Below, piece by piece: positions 1 to 13,466 of a stretch of 37,285 nt of DNA. The notes under the pieces were generated by a model. The model was given only the letters and a program-made list of their open reading frames with translations. It was not told the origin of the DNA and did no database searches. This DNA comes from Octopus sinensis (lineage: Eukaryota), in assembly GCF_006345805.1 (NCBI RefSeq), contig NW_021835929.1, positions 1-37,285 of the forward strand, in the 5' to 3' direction. The first letter of the stretch is position 1; each line of letters opens with the position of its first letter. The translations under genes and the position numbers were made by a program.

Positions 1-175
1 GCCATGCTTGGGGCGCCATCTTGAGATTTCAGTCGAATGAATCGAACTCAAAACTTATTTTTTTCTTTTAGCCTGGTATTCTATTGTTCTCTTTGGCCGA
101 ACCGCTAAAGTACGGGGAGGTAAACACAGACACCGGTCGTCGAGCTATAGTGTAGACAAACGTAGACACTCACAC
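1..175 (-). mobile_element. SINE family A, 3' portion (cut by window edge)
   Basis: Matches the 3' half of the copies at 23324-23792 and 36176-36582 (GCCATGCT..GTCGAATGAATCGA..AGCCTGGTA..GCCGAACCGCTAA..GTAAACAC), followed by a CA tract. Confidence 0.8.
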
Positions 176-197
176 ACACGCGCCCGCGCACACACAC

Positions 198-681
198 ATA
201 TGATCAGATCAGAACACACACACTATACGATCACACACATATACGATCACACACACATATACGATCACACACACATATACGATCACACACACATTATACG
301 ATCACAGATACACATATTATACGATCACACACATATTATACGATCACACAAACATACGATCACACACACATATGATCACACACACATATGATCACACACA
401 CATATACGGTCACTCACACATTTTATACGATCGCACACACAAATATTATATGATCACACAAACATATTATACGATCGCACACACACACACACATATTATA
501 CGTTCACACACACATTTTATACGATCACACACACATATGATCACACATACATATGATTACACACACATATACGTTCACACACACATATTATACGATCACA
601 CATATAGGATCACACAGACATTTAATACGATCACACACATATTATACGATCACACACACACACACACACATATTATGCAAT

Positions 682-713
<32 letters not shown>

Positions 714-720
714 TTATACG
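198..720. repeat. Minisatellite, 18-21 bp unit ATACGATCACACACACAT(ATT), about 25 copies
   Basis: TACGATCACACAC recurs directly in tandem. The His/Thr/Tyr-rich ORFs here are its translation. Confidence 0.9.
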
Positions 721-1440
721 CTACCGTTAAAGCCAGGAACCTCTCCGTTGTACACCTGAATATATCTGAATTGAGGATTTCTTAACAATTTAGCAATCCA
801 TTCCTGCTATGTATTCCTACCTCAGCCACAATGATTGTCAGAACAACGTATTTGTTTCGCTGTCTGATACTGTGTCAACGAATTGCGTCGACTGATCCTA
901 GCGCGACAACCACTACCGAAAATTCCAGTGGCGAAGGCTCACTGCAACAGCTCACCGCATGTACGATTTGTGACATCAATTAATATGTCCGCAGTTGGAG
1001 TTGCCGATTGACGAAGAACGATGACGACACGTGTTTGAGAAAATAGCTGCATTTATTGATTGGACGAAAATATTATGAGACAGGCGCAGCAGTGAATACC
1101 AGTGTGCCAGGATGAATAAAAGAGTGATAGCACCAGTTGAGTGTTCTAAATGTTGGTGACGTAAGCATGTCTGTTGACGACGCACCAGAAACTGGCTGAT
1201 TGTTTGGGAAAATGACGGAATAAGCAATTGTGTTGACATTAGCGGGTCTGGTAGGGGATGGAATTCTGCAGGACCCTACTGTGTCTAACATCCATTCGAG
1301 GAAGACAACAAATATGCCGAGATTTGGATTGGTTTAATCGAAGGTTCTCCACCCACAAAATGATAGGAACCAAGCTGCTTTTGTTCTTTGTTGTTTTTTT
1401 TTTGTGTAACTCGAATTAAAGGAGTCGGTTATATTGTTGC

Positions 1441-1646
1441 GTCGTGGAATGATGACGACGATGATGATGATGATGATGATGATGACGACGACTGCATAGC
1501 TAATGGTGATGGTTATAATGTCGATGCTGATGGTGATTATGATGATGGTGGTAGAGCTGTTGATAGAGGTGGCATAGGTGATGGTGGAGGTGGTAGTTGT
1601 AGTGTGGTTGCCTGGGTTGAAGATAAAATGAAGTAAAGGGAGAAAT

Positions 1647-1730
<84 letters not shown>

Positions 1731-2265
1731 AGAGAGACAGAGACAGAGACAGACAGACAGGAGAGAGAATGAGGGAGAAAGAGAGAGTTGTTCAAAGTAG
1801 AGAAAGGAACAGCCAGCCAGATAGAGACAGACACAGAGTAAGACATACCCGTACAAGAAGCAAGCACTTGCATACATCTACATGCACACAATATGCAAGT
1901 ACACATTCACACACAACTGAAGACTCAAGCTTACACATACATGTAAAGGAGACGAGATTATAACAAGAATAAGGAAAAGAAGTGAGGAAGAAAGGATGAA
2001 AGTACAGAGAGAGAAAGAGAGATAGAGAGAGAGAGAGAGAGAGGGAAGGGAGCGAAAGGGAGGGGACAAAGAGAGTTACAGGAAGGAAGATATATTAAAA
2101 GAGATTTTAGGAGTATAGATAGGGAGAAAGAGAGAAAAGACTTTCAGTGGGAGGGAATTACACCCCTCCCCACATATATATGTATACTTATATATATAAA
2201 TATATATATACATACATGCATATATATATGTGTATATATATGTGTATATATACGTGCATATATAT

Positions 2266-2313
<48 letters not shown>

Positions 2314-2513
2314 CATATTTTATATACAATATATATGTATATGCATATATATATGTATACATATATATACAGATACATATATATATATATGCATATATAT
2401 ACATATATACATATATATATGTATGTATATATACATATGTATATATATATATATATATATATATGTTAATATAATATACATTATATTATATTATATATAT
2501 ATATATTATAGAT

Positions 2514-2546
<33 letters not shown>
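1441..2546. repeat. Compound microsatellite block: (GAT)n/(GGT)n, (CA)n, (GT)n, (GA)n, long (TA)n
   Basis: Directly visible simple repeats; (TA)n-rich from 2174 to 2546. Confidence 0.9.
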
Positions 2547-2739
2547 CGTACCTAAATTCGCGCATACTACAAACAAATGCACACACATATATACGTGAAC
2601 GCATGCGTGCTTACATAGGCGTACAGATGTGGCGGGAAGGTTGACTGTAAAGAATTACAGTGTTAGAACAATGTGTGTTTAACTGCAGATAGCATTTTGT
2701 CTTACGGCATATGTTCATTCCGGCTCACCAACGTCACCA

Positions 2740-3902
2740 GGGGACGCCACCGCCGACACTAACAACTCCACCAGCACCACCAGCACCACCAGCACCACCA
2801 CCACCACTTCAACAACGACAATTACAAGTACCACCGACACATCACCACCGTAGCCACCACCACGACTACCACCACGACTACCACCGCCACCGCCGCCATT
2901 ACGATCATCACTACCACCACCACCACCACCACCATTACCATCAGCATCACTGTTACAGCGACCATTACAAGCACATCCAACACATGGCTGCTGTCACCAC
3001 CACCACCACCACCACTACCACCACCACCACCACCACTACTACAACGACCATCACAAGCAACACCAACTCATCACCACTGTCACCATGACCGTCACCACCA
3101 CCACCACCAACCACCACCACCGCCACCACCACCACCATCACCACCACCACCACCACCGCCGACGACGACGACGACCACCAACAACGCAACCACTACCACC
3201 AATACCAAGACGACGACGACCATGACCGCCACCACTATCAGCAACACCGCCACCACAACATAGCCGTCACCAACACTGCAGTCATTACCACCACCCCTAC
3301 AGCACCCCTTCTCTCCACCCGACCCTGTACCCACCACCTCTTCTTCACTAAGAACAATTTCACCATTCCGCCCCACCGCCACAGTCACTACATATACTCT
3401 GGCAACATTGACATCGCCGTCATCGCCGCCATTGCAGCACACGCCCATCCCCCCTATCATGACAACCCCCCCTAATCACCAATATCTTCACCACCACAAT
3501 CAAAAACAACAACAAGAGCAACAACACAAGAACTAGCAACAGCCACCTTCGCCGCCGCCACCACTTTGAGCACATGCTCTTCTACCACCACCCGAGAGAG
3601 TGAAGGAAAGAGAGAGAAAGTGAGAGAGAGGGGGAGACAGAGAGAGGGGGAGACAGAGAGAGAAAGAGACAACAAGAGAGAGAAAGACAGAGAGACAGAG
3701 AGAAAGACAAAGTGAGAGAGAGGGAGAGAGGGAGACAGAGAGAGAAAGACAGAGAGAAAGACAAAGTGAGAGAGAGAGTGGTGGTGGTGGTAGTAGAGGG
3801 TAGGGTCTGACAGTAGGGGACAAAAATCGATAGTGAACATGCCGTTTATTTAGGTCAAAAATGTCAGCTTTTGCGAGATCTAATAGACTTGAAATTACAG
3901 CA

Positions 3903-3943
<41 letters not shown>

Positions 3944-3953
3944 CACACACACA

Positions 3954-3994
<41 letters not shown>

Positions 3995-4377
3995 ACACGA
4001 CACACATGCATGCGCGCACATTAGGAAGCACAAACTCACAAATATATATATACATATATTATATATACACGCATACTTACAGCACCAAAGGATGCAACCA
4101 TACATGTACACACACACTCTCGTAGACACGCGTGCACACGAACACATGAAAACAATCACGTGCATATGTATAAATACATTTATATGCATATATATATATA
4201 GTATATATATATATATACCCACATATATATATATATTTCATATGTAGTTAAATTCGAATACATGTACTCTAGTATGTATCTGTATGTAGGTGTATATATA
4301 TGTAAATATATATATATATAGATATATATATATATATATATATAATATATATATATGTATATATTATATATATATAT

Positions 4378-4409
<32 letters not shown>

Positions 4410-4568
4410 GATATATGTATATATATATGTGTATATATATATATATACTATCTATATATACATATATATATACACATGTGTGTACATAATTATATGCATG
4501 TGTATATAGACAGAAAGAGGGGGTTAGACAGAGAAAGGGAAAGAGGTAAATGATACTTACACACACAT

Positions 4569-4628
<60 letters not shown>

Positions 4629-4900
4629 TCATACATACATATTTACATACATAAATACATACATACATACATACATTCATACGTACGTAATTGCTTACGC
4701 AACTACCAGCACGACTATATGCATACATACATTCATCATCATCATCATCATCATCATCTGCACAAGCACACCTGCATTGGCAAGCACATTCATCCTTACA
4801 TATGTATTTGCACGCAAAAATGCATACATGCGCACACCATCTGAACCGTAGTCGCATATATATATATATATATATACATACACACACTCTTGCATATACT
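2740..4900. repeat. Compound microsatellite block: (CAC)n 2740-3260, (GA)n 3594-3780, (CA)n 3904-4000, (TA)n/(CATA)n 4180-4680
   Basis: Directly visible simple repeats. Confidence 0.9.
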
Positions 4901-5400
4901 ACGAAATATATTGGAAACGGATACACTCAATGTCTACAGAACCATCTACCTACATATCTACATGTATACGTACGTACGACATACAAACGTACGACCATAC
5001 AAACATACACACGTATAGTGTGGTACACACAGAAAACCTCGTATATACACATGCTTCATATCACGCATAGACACACGAGCTTTAGTGTAAATATACACGT
5101 GTAAATATAGATATAACACCACTACATACAGGCATATACATAATTGTATGCATAGACCAATCGACCTTTTGCACAATCAGCACAGCATACATGCATATAC
5201 GCAACATGCTGCACATTAAGAATTGCTGAAAGATGCAATTCAACGTACGCACACACGCTTACAAACATGCATGCTTGTATTCATGTGTCTCTGGACACAC
5301 GCACACACACATATGGATATACATACAGACATACATACATATATATATATATATAGATACAGACACATACATAACATACACGTGTATTTCCATATATGGA

Positions 5401-5585
5401 AAATATGAATATAAATATAAAGTGAACAATAATTGGCACTGCTATTCTTTCCATAAATAGTTCGAGAAATTTCCTTAAGCCTTGCAGAAAATTACAAAGC
5501 CATTAGGCGACAAATGTGCTCATTCAATAGAAGAAATGAAATAATGTCATTTAGCAGACACCAGAATAAAGTTCTTGAGTTAAAC
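5401..5585 (+). mobile_element. Degenerate Penelope-like element, C-terminus of the GIY-YIG endonuclease region
   Basis: Manual translation across a stop and frameshifts gives IK*TIIGTA..., LSLAENYKAI and FNRRNEIMSFSRHQNKVL. This follows the Penelope-type C-terminal pattern IKW.II....LCL.EK..I...LN.R.E..S.CRH.NK.LL. Confidence 0.6.
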
Positions 5586-6344
5586 CTTTGTTAATTGCAA
5601 ATATGTGATGAATTAACGGTAGTGGAAATAGCAATAACCACATGGCCATGTGGAAATTTATAGAACACCAATTTCGAACTACCAGAACACGAGCCAGAGA
5701 CAGACCCTTGAAAAGATAGCAAAATATAAAAAAAGAATCAATCTAGAGATATGGGAAGAATAAATAGAAAACAAGACAAGGCATTTAGAGACATTAATTG
5801 TCAATTCCATTGAGTGGTTGTGTTTAATGCCGCTGTCGCTAAAGTTAAATTAAACCAGGTATAAGAGCGAAATAGTCTAACAGAGACTAATCTATCGCCG
5901 AATTGACAAATAAAAAGTACGAACATACCGTACTTAAAAGGACACAACACAGAGCGCAGTCCCCAGTTAAAATAAGGGTAAATATAGTGAAAATGGCTGA
6001 TAGCGAGAACGAGGGTGAACATTGGCTAATGAAAAGCTACAAAATATAAGAATGAGAAAACAATATCTGCACAAATAAATGTGTGGAATCTAAACAAATA
6101 AAATCCACAAAATCAGGAGCCTAGCCATGTTAAGGAAGCGATGTGTTTCTGAATATCAAACCGTAACATAAAGCGTTTTATCTTTCCAATGGCTTCCATG
6201 CAACTTTGAAACCAATGAACATGAAGATCGTTGGAAAATAAATCTCACCTAACGAAATTCCACAACAAGATTTCCACAAACTTTACATTTCCGTTGAAAC
6301 GTTTTAATCGAGTATATAGATGCCAGTAATCGTTTATTCTGTTA

Positions 6345-6531
6345 CTCTTTTACTTGTTTCAGTCATTTGACTGTGGCTATACTGGAACGCTGCCTTTAGT
6401 CGAGCAAATCGACCCCAGAGCTTATTCTTTGTAAGCCTAGTTCTTATTCTATCAGTCCCTTTTGCCGAACCGCTAAGTGACAGGGACGTAAACATACCAA
6501 GCGATGTTGGGGGACAAACACAGACACACAA

Positions 6532-6571
<40 letters not shown>

Positions 6572-6686
6572 GTGCATATAAGACGGACTTCTTCCAGTTC
6601 CACTCACAAGCCTTTGGTCGGCTCGAGGCTATAATAGAAGACACTTGCCCACAGTGTCATGCAGTGGGACTGAACCCAGGACCATC
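6345..6686 (-). mobile_element. SINE family A (tRNA-derived head, internal GT tract)
   Basis: On the minus strand: B-box-like GGTTCAGTCCC, then GGGCAAGTGTCTTCT, a (GT)n tract, and the conserved tail ending ...AAATGACTGAAACAAGTAAAAGA. Homologous to the other family A copies. Confidence 0.85.
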
Positions 6687-6930
6687 GTTCTTTTTGCTGA
6701 GCCTCTTATTGTGACGGAAACAATGCCAAGCGGTGATGAGGGGACAAAAACAGACTGAAAGACATACACGCGCAACCGCACACACACATATGCACAACGG
6801 GGTTTCACACAGTTTCCCTCTACCAAATTCATGCAGAAGGTAGCATTGATCGGTCCAATATATGAGAAGACACTTGCCTAATGTGTCGCGCAGTGATAGA
6901 TATCTTGAAGCCATTTGGTTGCAAAGCAAA
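6687..6930 (-). mobile_element. Older, more diverged partial SINE family A copy abutting the previous one
   Basis: Second diverged run of GGGGACAAA..CAGAC, CAGTTTCC.TCTACCAAATTCA and AGAAGACACTTGCC. Confidence 0.65.
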
Positions 6931-7100
6931 TAATTTTTAGTAATTTAGAATGGACGAACGGAAGAGTTACTGATGCCATGAAATCGTGTCAGAAGTTAAA
7001 GGAATAACATTTATTACAAATTGATACAAATAATATTGGCAATAAGGTCTTCTTCAATCTTGCGTATGAATTCATCTTTAATATCTTTTCCCCCCGTTTT

Positions 7101-7296
7101 CTGGCAGAATATATTATCCTGCCGTCAAAATACTTAGCAGCATTTCGTCAGTCTTGACGTTCTGAGTTCAAATTCCGACCGAGGTGACTTGATCGTTTCG
7201 AAGTCGCTAAAATAAGTACCAGATGAGTACAGGTGTAGATATAATCTACTTACCCTCTATCCGGAAATTACTGGCCTTGTGCCAAAACCGGAAACC
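7101..7296 (+). mobile_element. SINE family B (tRNA-derived), diverged
   Basis: CTGGCAGAAT..., B-box-like GAGTTCAAATTCC, AAAATAAGTACCAG and tail GGCCTTGTGCC. Reverse-complement homolog of 24001-24345 and 31744-31955. Confidence 0.75.
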
Positions 7297-7579
7297 CATG
7301 GTTGTTCCCATTGTCAATTTTTACCATTCGCTTTTCATTTTAATATTTTCCAAAGTTATTTAAACACGAAAAATGCTTTTATCCTAAAGTTATTTTTTTC
7401 GTTTTCTGTAACTTTATTCTCCCTCTAAAACATACTTTTTAAATAGTTTTATTTTATTAATTTGAATAAATTTTAGTTCTTGTTAAACATAGGACGATGA
7501 AGCGCCAAGTAGACAAACACGAACTAATTTATCTGACAACGCAATATTTTATTAAGAATATGTGACACATATGTGTATA

Positions 7580-8000
7580 AAATAAAATAGATAAAAATAC
7601 GATAGAATAAGGTAAAAATAAAGTATAATAAAATAAATAAAATAGAAATGAACTGAATAAAATAATATAAAAATATAAAATAACATGGAATAAAATAAAT
7701 GAATAAATAAAATAGATACAATCAAATTATACAAAATAAATAAAAGAAAAGAAATATGTACGAAATAAAATAAAATAAAATAAAATGAATGACAAATAAA
7801 ATCAAATAATTCAATAAAATATAATATAATATAATAAAATATAATAAACCAAAATATTCAAAGTGAAACCAAAAAAAAATAATAATAAAATGACATGAGA
7901 GAAATAAAATATATCAAATAAACTAAAATAATTAAAATAACAAAAACCGATATAAAATAAAATAAATGAAATAAAATAAAAATAAAATAGAATAAAATAC
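7580..8000. repeat. A-rich low-complexity (AAAAT)n-like tract
   Basis: Directly visible. Confidence 0.85.
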
Positions 8001-8016
8001 TGTAAATATGTATGTG

Positions 8017-8198
8017 TAGATAGATATATAGGTAGATAGATAGATACATAGATAGTGAGAGAGTGAGAGAGATGGATAGAGAGATAGATAGAGAAAGAGA
8101 GAAAGAGATATAGATAGATGGATAGAGATAGATAGATAATTAGGTGGATGGATAGATGGATAGAGAGCGATGGATATATATATATGATAGATAGATAT
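8017..8198. repeat. Degenerate (GATA)n/(GA)n tract flanking the 3' end of retrotransposon copy 1
   Basis: Directly visible GATA repeats up to the element end. Confidence 0.85.
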
Positions 8199-8199
8199 G

Positions 8200-8268
8200 T
8201 TTCTTTATTAGCCACACAGGGCTGCACACAGATAGAACAAATACAAGGTAGAGCTTTTCTTTTGAAGG

Positions 8269-8308
<40 letters not shown>

Positions 8309-10821
8309 AAGGGGAGGTTCGATCAAAAGGGATCGTAAAAGGAGAGAGAAGGGACAAAAAAGGGGGGTTAAAAAAAAAAAAAAAAAACAAAAAAAAAAAA
8401 AAAAAAAAAGGGGGGGGAGAGGAAAAAAAATGATCAATAGGGATCGTTATCACAAGAATGTCAATATGAAGTGTAAAGGGGAGGACAGGTGAGGTTACCC
8501 GTGGAAAGAAAAGCCTGCGGAAAAGACCACGGTAACCTCGGTCAATGAAGTCACTTTTATTTTCTATTTTTTTTTTTTTTTTTTTTTTTTGCAAATAAGC
8601 AACTCTCTGTTTTCGATTTCTGGGTTCATAGGACTATGCTCAAGGTGGCTTCGTTCATTCATACGTGCCATTCTTGCTACATTCACCCTCTTTTTTAAAA
8701 CATTCGCTAGACAAAACTTGCCTCTCTACTCTCACTTTCCTTTTCAAGTGGTACTTGAAGAAGTTGATGAGAGATTGGCAGAGAGGAAGTGTTTTTGTCT
8801 CCAATCCTTTCAGACGCGTCCACCAGATACATTCTTTCGCCATAGCCACAAGGATGATGAAAATAGCTCTTCCTTCCCGTTTGAAGGAAGGAGGCGTGAC
8901 AATATTGACGATAGACTCAGCTGATAAACCGACTCGTCCCACACGTGACAGCAGTTGTTCGACATAAGCCCACAGGTCGGAAATTGTTGGACACTGAACG
9001 AGTGCGTGCAGAACGGTTTCGTCGCTCTGACCGCATCTCGGGCAGGTCGGCCCGTGTTTCTCGAGCCGTGTCTGTAGAGCTTATCCCGAACGGGTAGCGC
9101 TTCTCGGTAGCACGGCCAGGCCAGGGATCTCTGGAAGTTGTCCATGGGCCCTGGCCCGAAAGTCGTCCCGAACAGGCGGGTCAGGTACTCCTCGTCGACG
9201 TCCAGGTTCGCCCCGAGCTCGTCGTCGTACCTCCCCTCCCTAACACCCCTATAGAATGCTTTGGTTGTGTTGAAGTCACTTAAGGTCGACCCAGGACGGC
9301 AGAGTTGCTTGAGAGCAACGCGACACTCGCGGTGCCATTCGCCCTTCCTCGGCCTCTTTTTGATCCACGACTGCAGTTCGGTCATGGAGACGAGCTGCGG
9401 GAAAGCGTGCCTCACAAACGGCGACACACCTGTTCACCGTCGTCTACATAGAGCCAGAGATGTCGCAGTCTCAGCGCGTGTCTGCGCATCATCAACCACG
9501 GCATGCCCAGCCCTCCTTTTAACGGGTGTTGACAGCAAATGGATCGCCTGACCATCGGGACGCATCCTTTCCACAAGAGCGAAAGAGGATGCGTTGTAGT
9601 TTGGTGATGGTAGTGGTCGGGACAAGGTACGACGGTCAGGCGGTAGTAGGAGACGGACGCGATGTACGTGTTCGCCACCTCCGCTCGGACCTTTAGGGGA
9701 CAGTTCCTCTCGGCCCATTGCCGGGCGAGAGTGACCACCCTACTCGTTATCTCGTTCCAGTTCTTCTCCACTTGGAGGTCCGGACCAAACCAGACCCCGA
9801 GCAAACAACGGGCGTCGGTCCAGCGTCCCACGACGGAGGCGCTGGTGGACGGCATGGGCTTGCTTCTCCAGGTGCCTAGTCGCAAGCCCACTGACTTTTC
9901 CCGGTTGATTTCGCTCCTGTCACCGCTTCGTAGTTTTTCAGTGTCTCGCCGACCAGCTCGATGTGCTCGTGGCTAGACACTATGACGGTGACGTCGTCCG
10001 CGTATGCAGACACGCTCGTCCCGCATCCCAATTCTCGCGGATGCCCCTTAGAGTCGCCAGCTTCCGCAGTAGTGGCTCAAGAGTCAATACGTATAGAAGC
10101 GCCGAGAGGGGGCATCCCTGACGGACCGAACGTGCAATGTCGAAAGGTCTCGATAGATGTCCATTTACGCGAATTACCGATCGGATGCCTCTGTACAAGG
10201 CAGCTATCCAGCCGCGGAAGACGGGACCGAAACCAGCCGCTCTCAGGACTGCCTCCAAGTATCGATGGTCTACCCTATCAAAGGCTTTTGATTGATCCAA
10301 GTTGATCAGGGCCCCACCCATGCCAGGTTCGTTAACTACCCTGTCTATGATGTAGCGCATCAGATGGAGGTTGTCATGGATGGTCCGGCCTGGCACGGCG
10401 CATGTTTGCGCCTTGTCGACCAGTTTCTCGATGACAAGCGCCAACCTCTTGGCTAGCACCTTGGCCAAAATTTTCAAGTCTGCATTAAGCAGAGTGATGG
10501 CCCTAAAGTTATCTATTACATTTCCTTGTTTAGATCTTTCTTCAGCAGTGTTACGGCTCCTCGGCTCACAAAACCAGGAATGCTCCCGTTTTGCTGCCAG
10601 TTGCAGTACACCGCCGCCAAGAGATCTCCAAACAAGTCTGGCATACAATTGTAAAGCTCGTAGGGTAGACCATCCAAACCCGGTGATTTGTCCCTCGAGC
10701 ATTCTGCCATCGCTTCCCGCACTTCCGCCGCCGTGATGGCACCTTCGCAGCACCCTGCCTTTCTTGTCGAGAGTCGTGGTAGGCTATGTAGGTAGGCACT
10801 GAAGTCCACCCTACGTTCTTG

Positions 10822-10822
<1 letters not shown>
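8200..10822 (-). mobile_element. 5'-truncated non-LTR retrotransposon, L1/Tx1-type (ORF2 reverse transcriptase + C-terminal CCHC region + 3' UTR), frameshifted; copy 1
   Basis: RT motifs KSPGLDGLPYELY, NFRAITLLNADLKILAKVLAKRL, LINLDQSKAFDRVDH, SVRQGCPLSALLY and YADD (9993-10004). PLKGGLGMP and LPVRDKL are typical of Tx1/L1 ORF2. ORF stop is near 8626; the element ends in AATAAAGAAA. Broken into several ORF pieces. Confidence 0.93.
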
Positions 10823-10868
<46 letters not shown>

Positions 10869-11030
10869 CAGATAGAGAGATAAATAGACTCATAGACAGA
10901 TAGATAGATAAATAGATTCATAGATTGGTAGATTCATAGGTAGATTGATAGATAGAATGATTGATAGATTGATAGATAGACAGATTGATAGATTGATAGA
11001 TAGATTGATAGATTTATAGATAGAATGATT

Positions 11031-11093
<63 letters not shown>

Positions 11094-11177
11094 TGATAGA
11101 TTGATAGATTGATTGATAGATTGATAGATTGATACATAGATAGATTAGTAGATAGATAAGTAGATTGATAGATAGAC
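10823..11177. repeat. (GATA)n/(GATT)n microsatellite at the 5' truncation point of copy 1
   Basis: Directly visible. Confidence 0.95.
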
Positions 11178-12548
11178 ACATAAATGATAAGATTATTTAG
11201 TAAGAAAACTGGGAACGCCTAGTACAAGACGTAAAGAACCATGATGCAAAACATGATACAACACAATATTAGACATAGTCATACACCTTAACTAAATAGC
11301 AAAAATATAGTAAGATATTATTAAATGGGAGCTGTGTTAGGGTCAGTTATTTAGCTGTTAACAATTTAGGTTGAAACAGAAATTATATATTCTGCAAAGT
11401 TGAATGAAACAGAGAGGCAAACTATCAACCAACAACGATTATGCAACTTCAGATTTTGGGAAAATTGTCGACAAGATGTTAACTGTATCAGAAAATCGAT
11501 AATGTACAGCAATACTATCCCACTCTTTTGTAATATCGTTTTCTTCTGGCAGACCATTATCATGTTTTAACTTTTTGTTCTAAAAGATGTTAGCATTTCA
11601 TTTAACACTGTTAGCACCTCTTTTATGCAGTTACAAGACCTTTATTTTTAAAAGACCGTTGTTTGTAAGCATATTTTCCTTTCTCTCTTACAGACGTTTA
11701 CCTTTGGTTGCAGACGATTTCGTCAAACGAAATTATCCATTAAAAGATATTTACTGCGTTAACACATATCTGAGTTGAAAGTTTTGCGTTTAAAAGCTTC
11801 GTCGTTTTGGCAGAACTTTGCTGTGACAGAACAGCTTCTTGTGTAAAAGACCTCTTTTTGGCGCTTCGTTTGTTTTCTAAGAAAATCTTTGTAGTGTTTA
11901 GCAAGTCATCGCTATGCTTGCAGAAAATATTATGTTAAATTAACGTTGTGAGGTTGGCATGAATTTGTGTCTTCTGCAGTTCTTTACTCTTTTAGTTCCT
12001 CCTTTGCCGTTCTTTTAGCAGACGTTTCCTACGTTAGAAGAACTTTTTGTGTTTCCAGTGCTTACTTTTGTCAGCAGATATTTTCTCTGGTTTCACCTTC
12101 ATTTTCATTTTAACAGAATTTGATTTTGACAAGAAACATTTGTTGTGGCATCAATTAATTTATCTGAGAACACCTAACTCCTTCTTTAGCAGAATTTTAT
12201 TGCCTTAGCAGAATTTGTTACATTAGCAAATATGTGTATTGTTAGCAAATACATTTTTTGTGGGGGTAGAACTTATCTCTGTTCGTCGCTGTTTTCTTTT
12301 GTTATTGACATTTGCAGGGAAAACATTTGCCATAGAAAGATATATTTCTGTCTTTCGCAAGCATTTCTTCTGTTAGCATTTTCCATCTTTTCTTAGCAGA
12401 CCTTTGCTTTGTTAGAAGAACATTTTTCTGTTTAATACATATGCTGTGTCACTAGATTTTCGCACTGTTCGATTTCTTTTTGCTTTCTTTGGCAGACATT
12501 TGCGCTGTTAGCTCCTCTTTTCTTTTGTTAATTGAACATTTGTATTTG

Positions 12549-12549
12549 A

Positions 12550-12636
<87 letters not shown>
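12549..12636. repeat. (ATCT)n microsatellite with no retrotransposon insertion
   Basis: Directly visible. Confidence 0.95.
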
Positions 12637-12648
<12 letters not shown>

Positions 12649-13291
12649 ATGTGTGTATTCATTAGAAGACATTTATGTTGTCTGCGTGTCATTATATCGT
12701 TGCTGAGCCCGTTTTCTGTGAGCCGCTCCTTAATTTTTTCAGCACATCTTTCTTAAATTGCGAGAAGAATTTTCTGTGATGAAAAACATTTGCTCTGTTA
12801 GCATCCGGTAGGAGGCTTTTATAGCGTTTGCTGAGATTTATTATTGTAGTAGAAAATTTTGTGCTAAAAGACCGCGGATTTACGCATACATTTGCGTATT
12901 TCGCAGACTTTTGCTGTGAGCACCTTATTTCTTTACGTAGTAGATATTCTTTACAACAAAAGAAATTTTGTGTTAAAATTGATTTAAGTTGGTTAGTAGA
13001 CCTAAGTTCTGTCAGCAGACATTTGCTGTTTCAGCAGAACTTTCGTGTTAAAATTATTTGTCTTGTTTGTTGACCTTTGCTTACTTAGCAGCTGTTTGGT
13101 CAGTTAGGCGTTTTTATTGTTAATGTATCCTTTGTTGAGTGACTAGAACATTGTTGTACTAGAAAAACTTTATATTACCAGATTATTTTGCACCCTTTTT
13201 AAAAAAAATTAACACATCTTTCTTTTGCTACCACTTAGTTGTGGTGTTAGCAGTCGTTTGCCTGTGAGCAAACGACTTCTTCACCAAAGTG

Positions 13292-13466
13292 AAGGTGCAT
13301 GGCTCAGTGGTTAGAGCGTCGAGCTTACGATCGTGAAGTTGTGAATTCGAATCCCAGACCGGGCTGCGTATTGTGTTCTTGAGTAAGACACTTTATTTCA
13401 CGTTGCTCCAGTTCACTCAGCTGTAGAAATGAGTTGCGACATCACTGGTGCCAAGCTGTATCGGCC
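13292..13466 (+). mobile_element. tRNA-derived SINE (family C), 3' truncated
   Basis: Pol III A box TGGCTCAGTGG (13300-13310), B box GAATTCGAATCC (13343-13354), then central domain TTCTTGAGTAAGACACTTTATTTCACGTTG. Confidence 0.8.

Noticed and set aside
198-720. CRISPR-like array or His-rich protein
   Set aside because: Tandem units have no unique spacers, there are no cas genes, and the context is eukaryotic.
13292-13365. tRNA gene
   Set aside because: A and B boxes are present, but there is no convincing acceptor stem and it continues directly into a SINE central domain. The same applies to the head at 16999.
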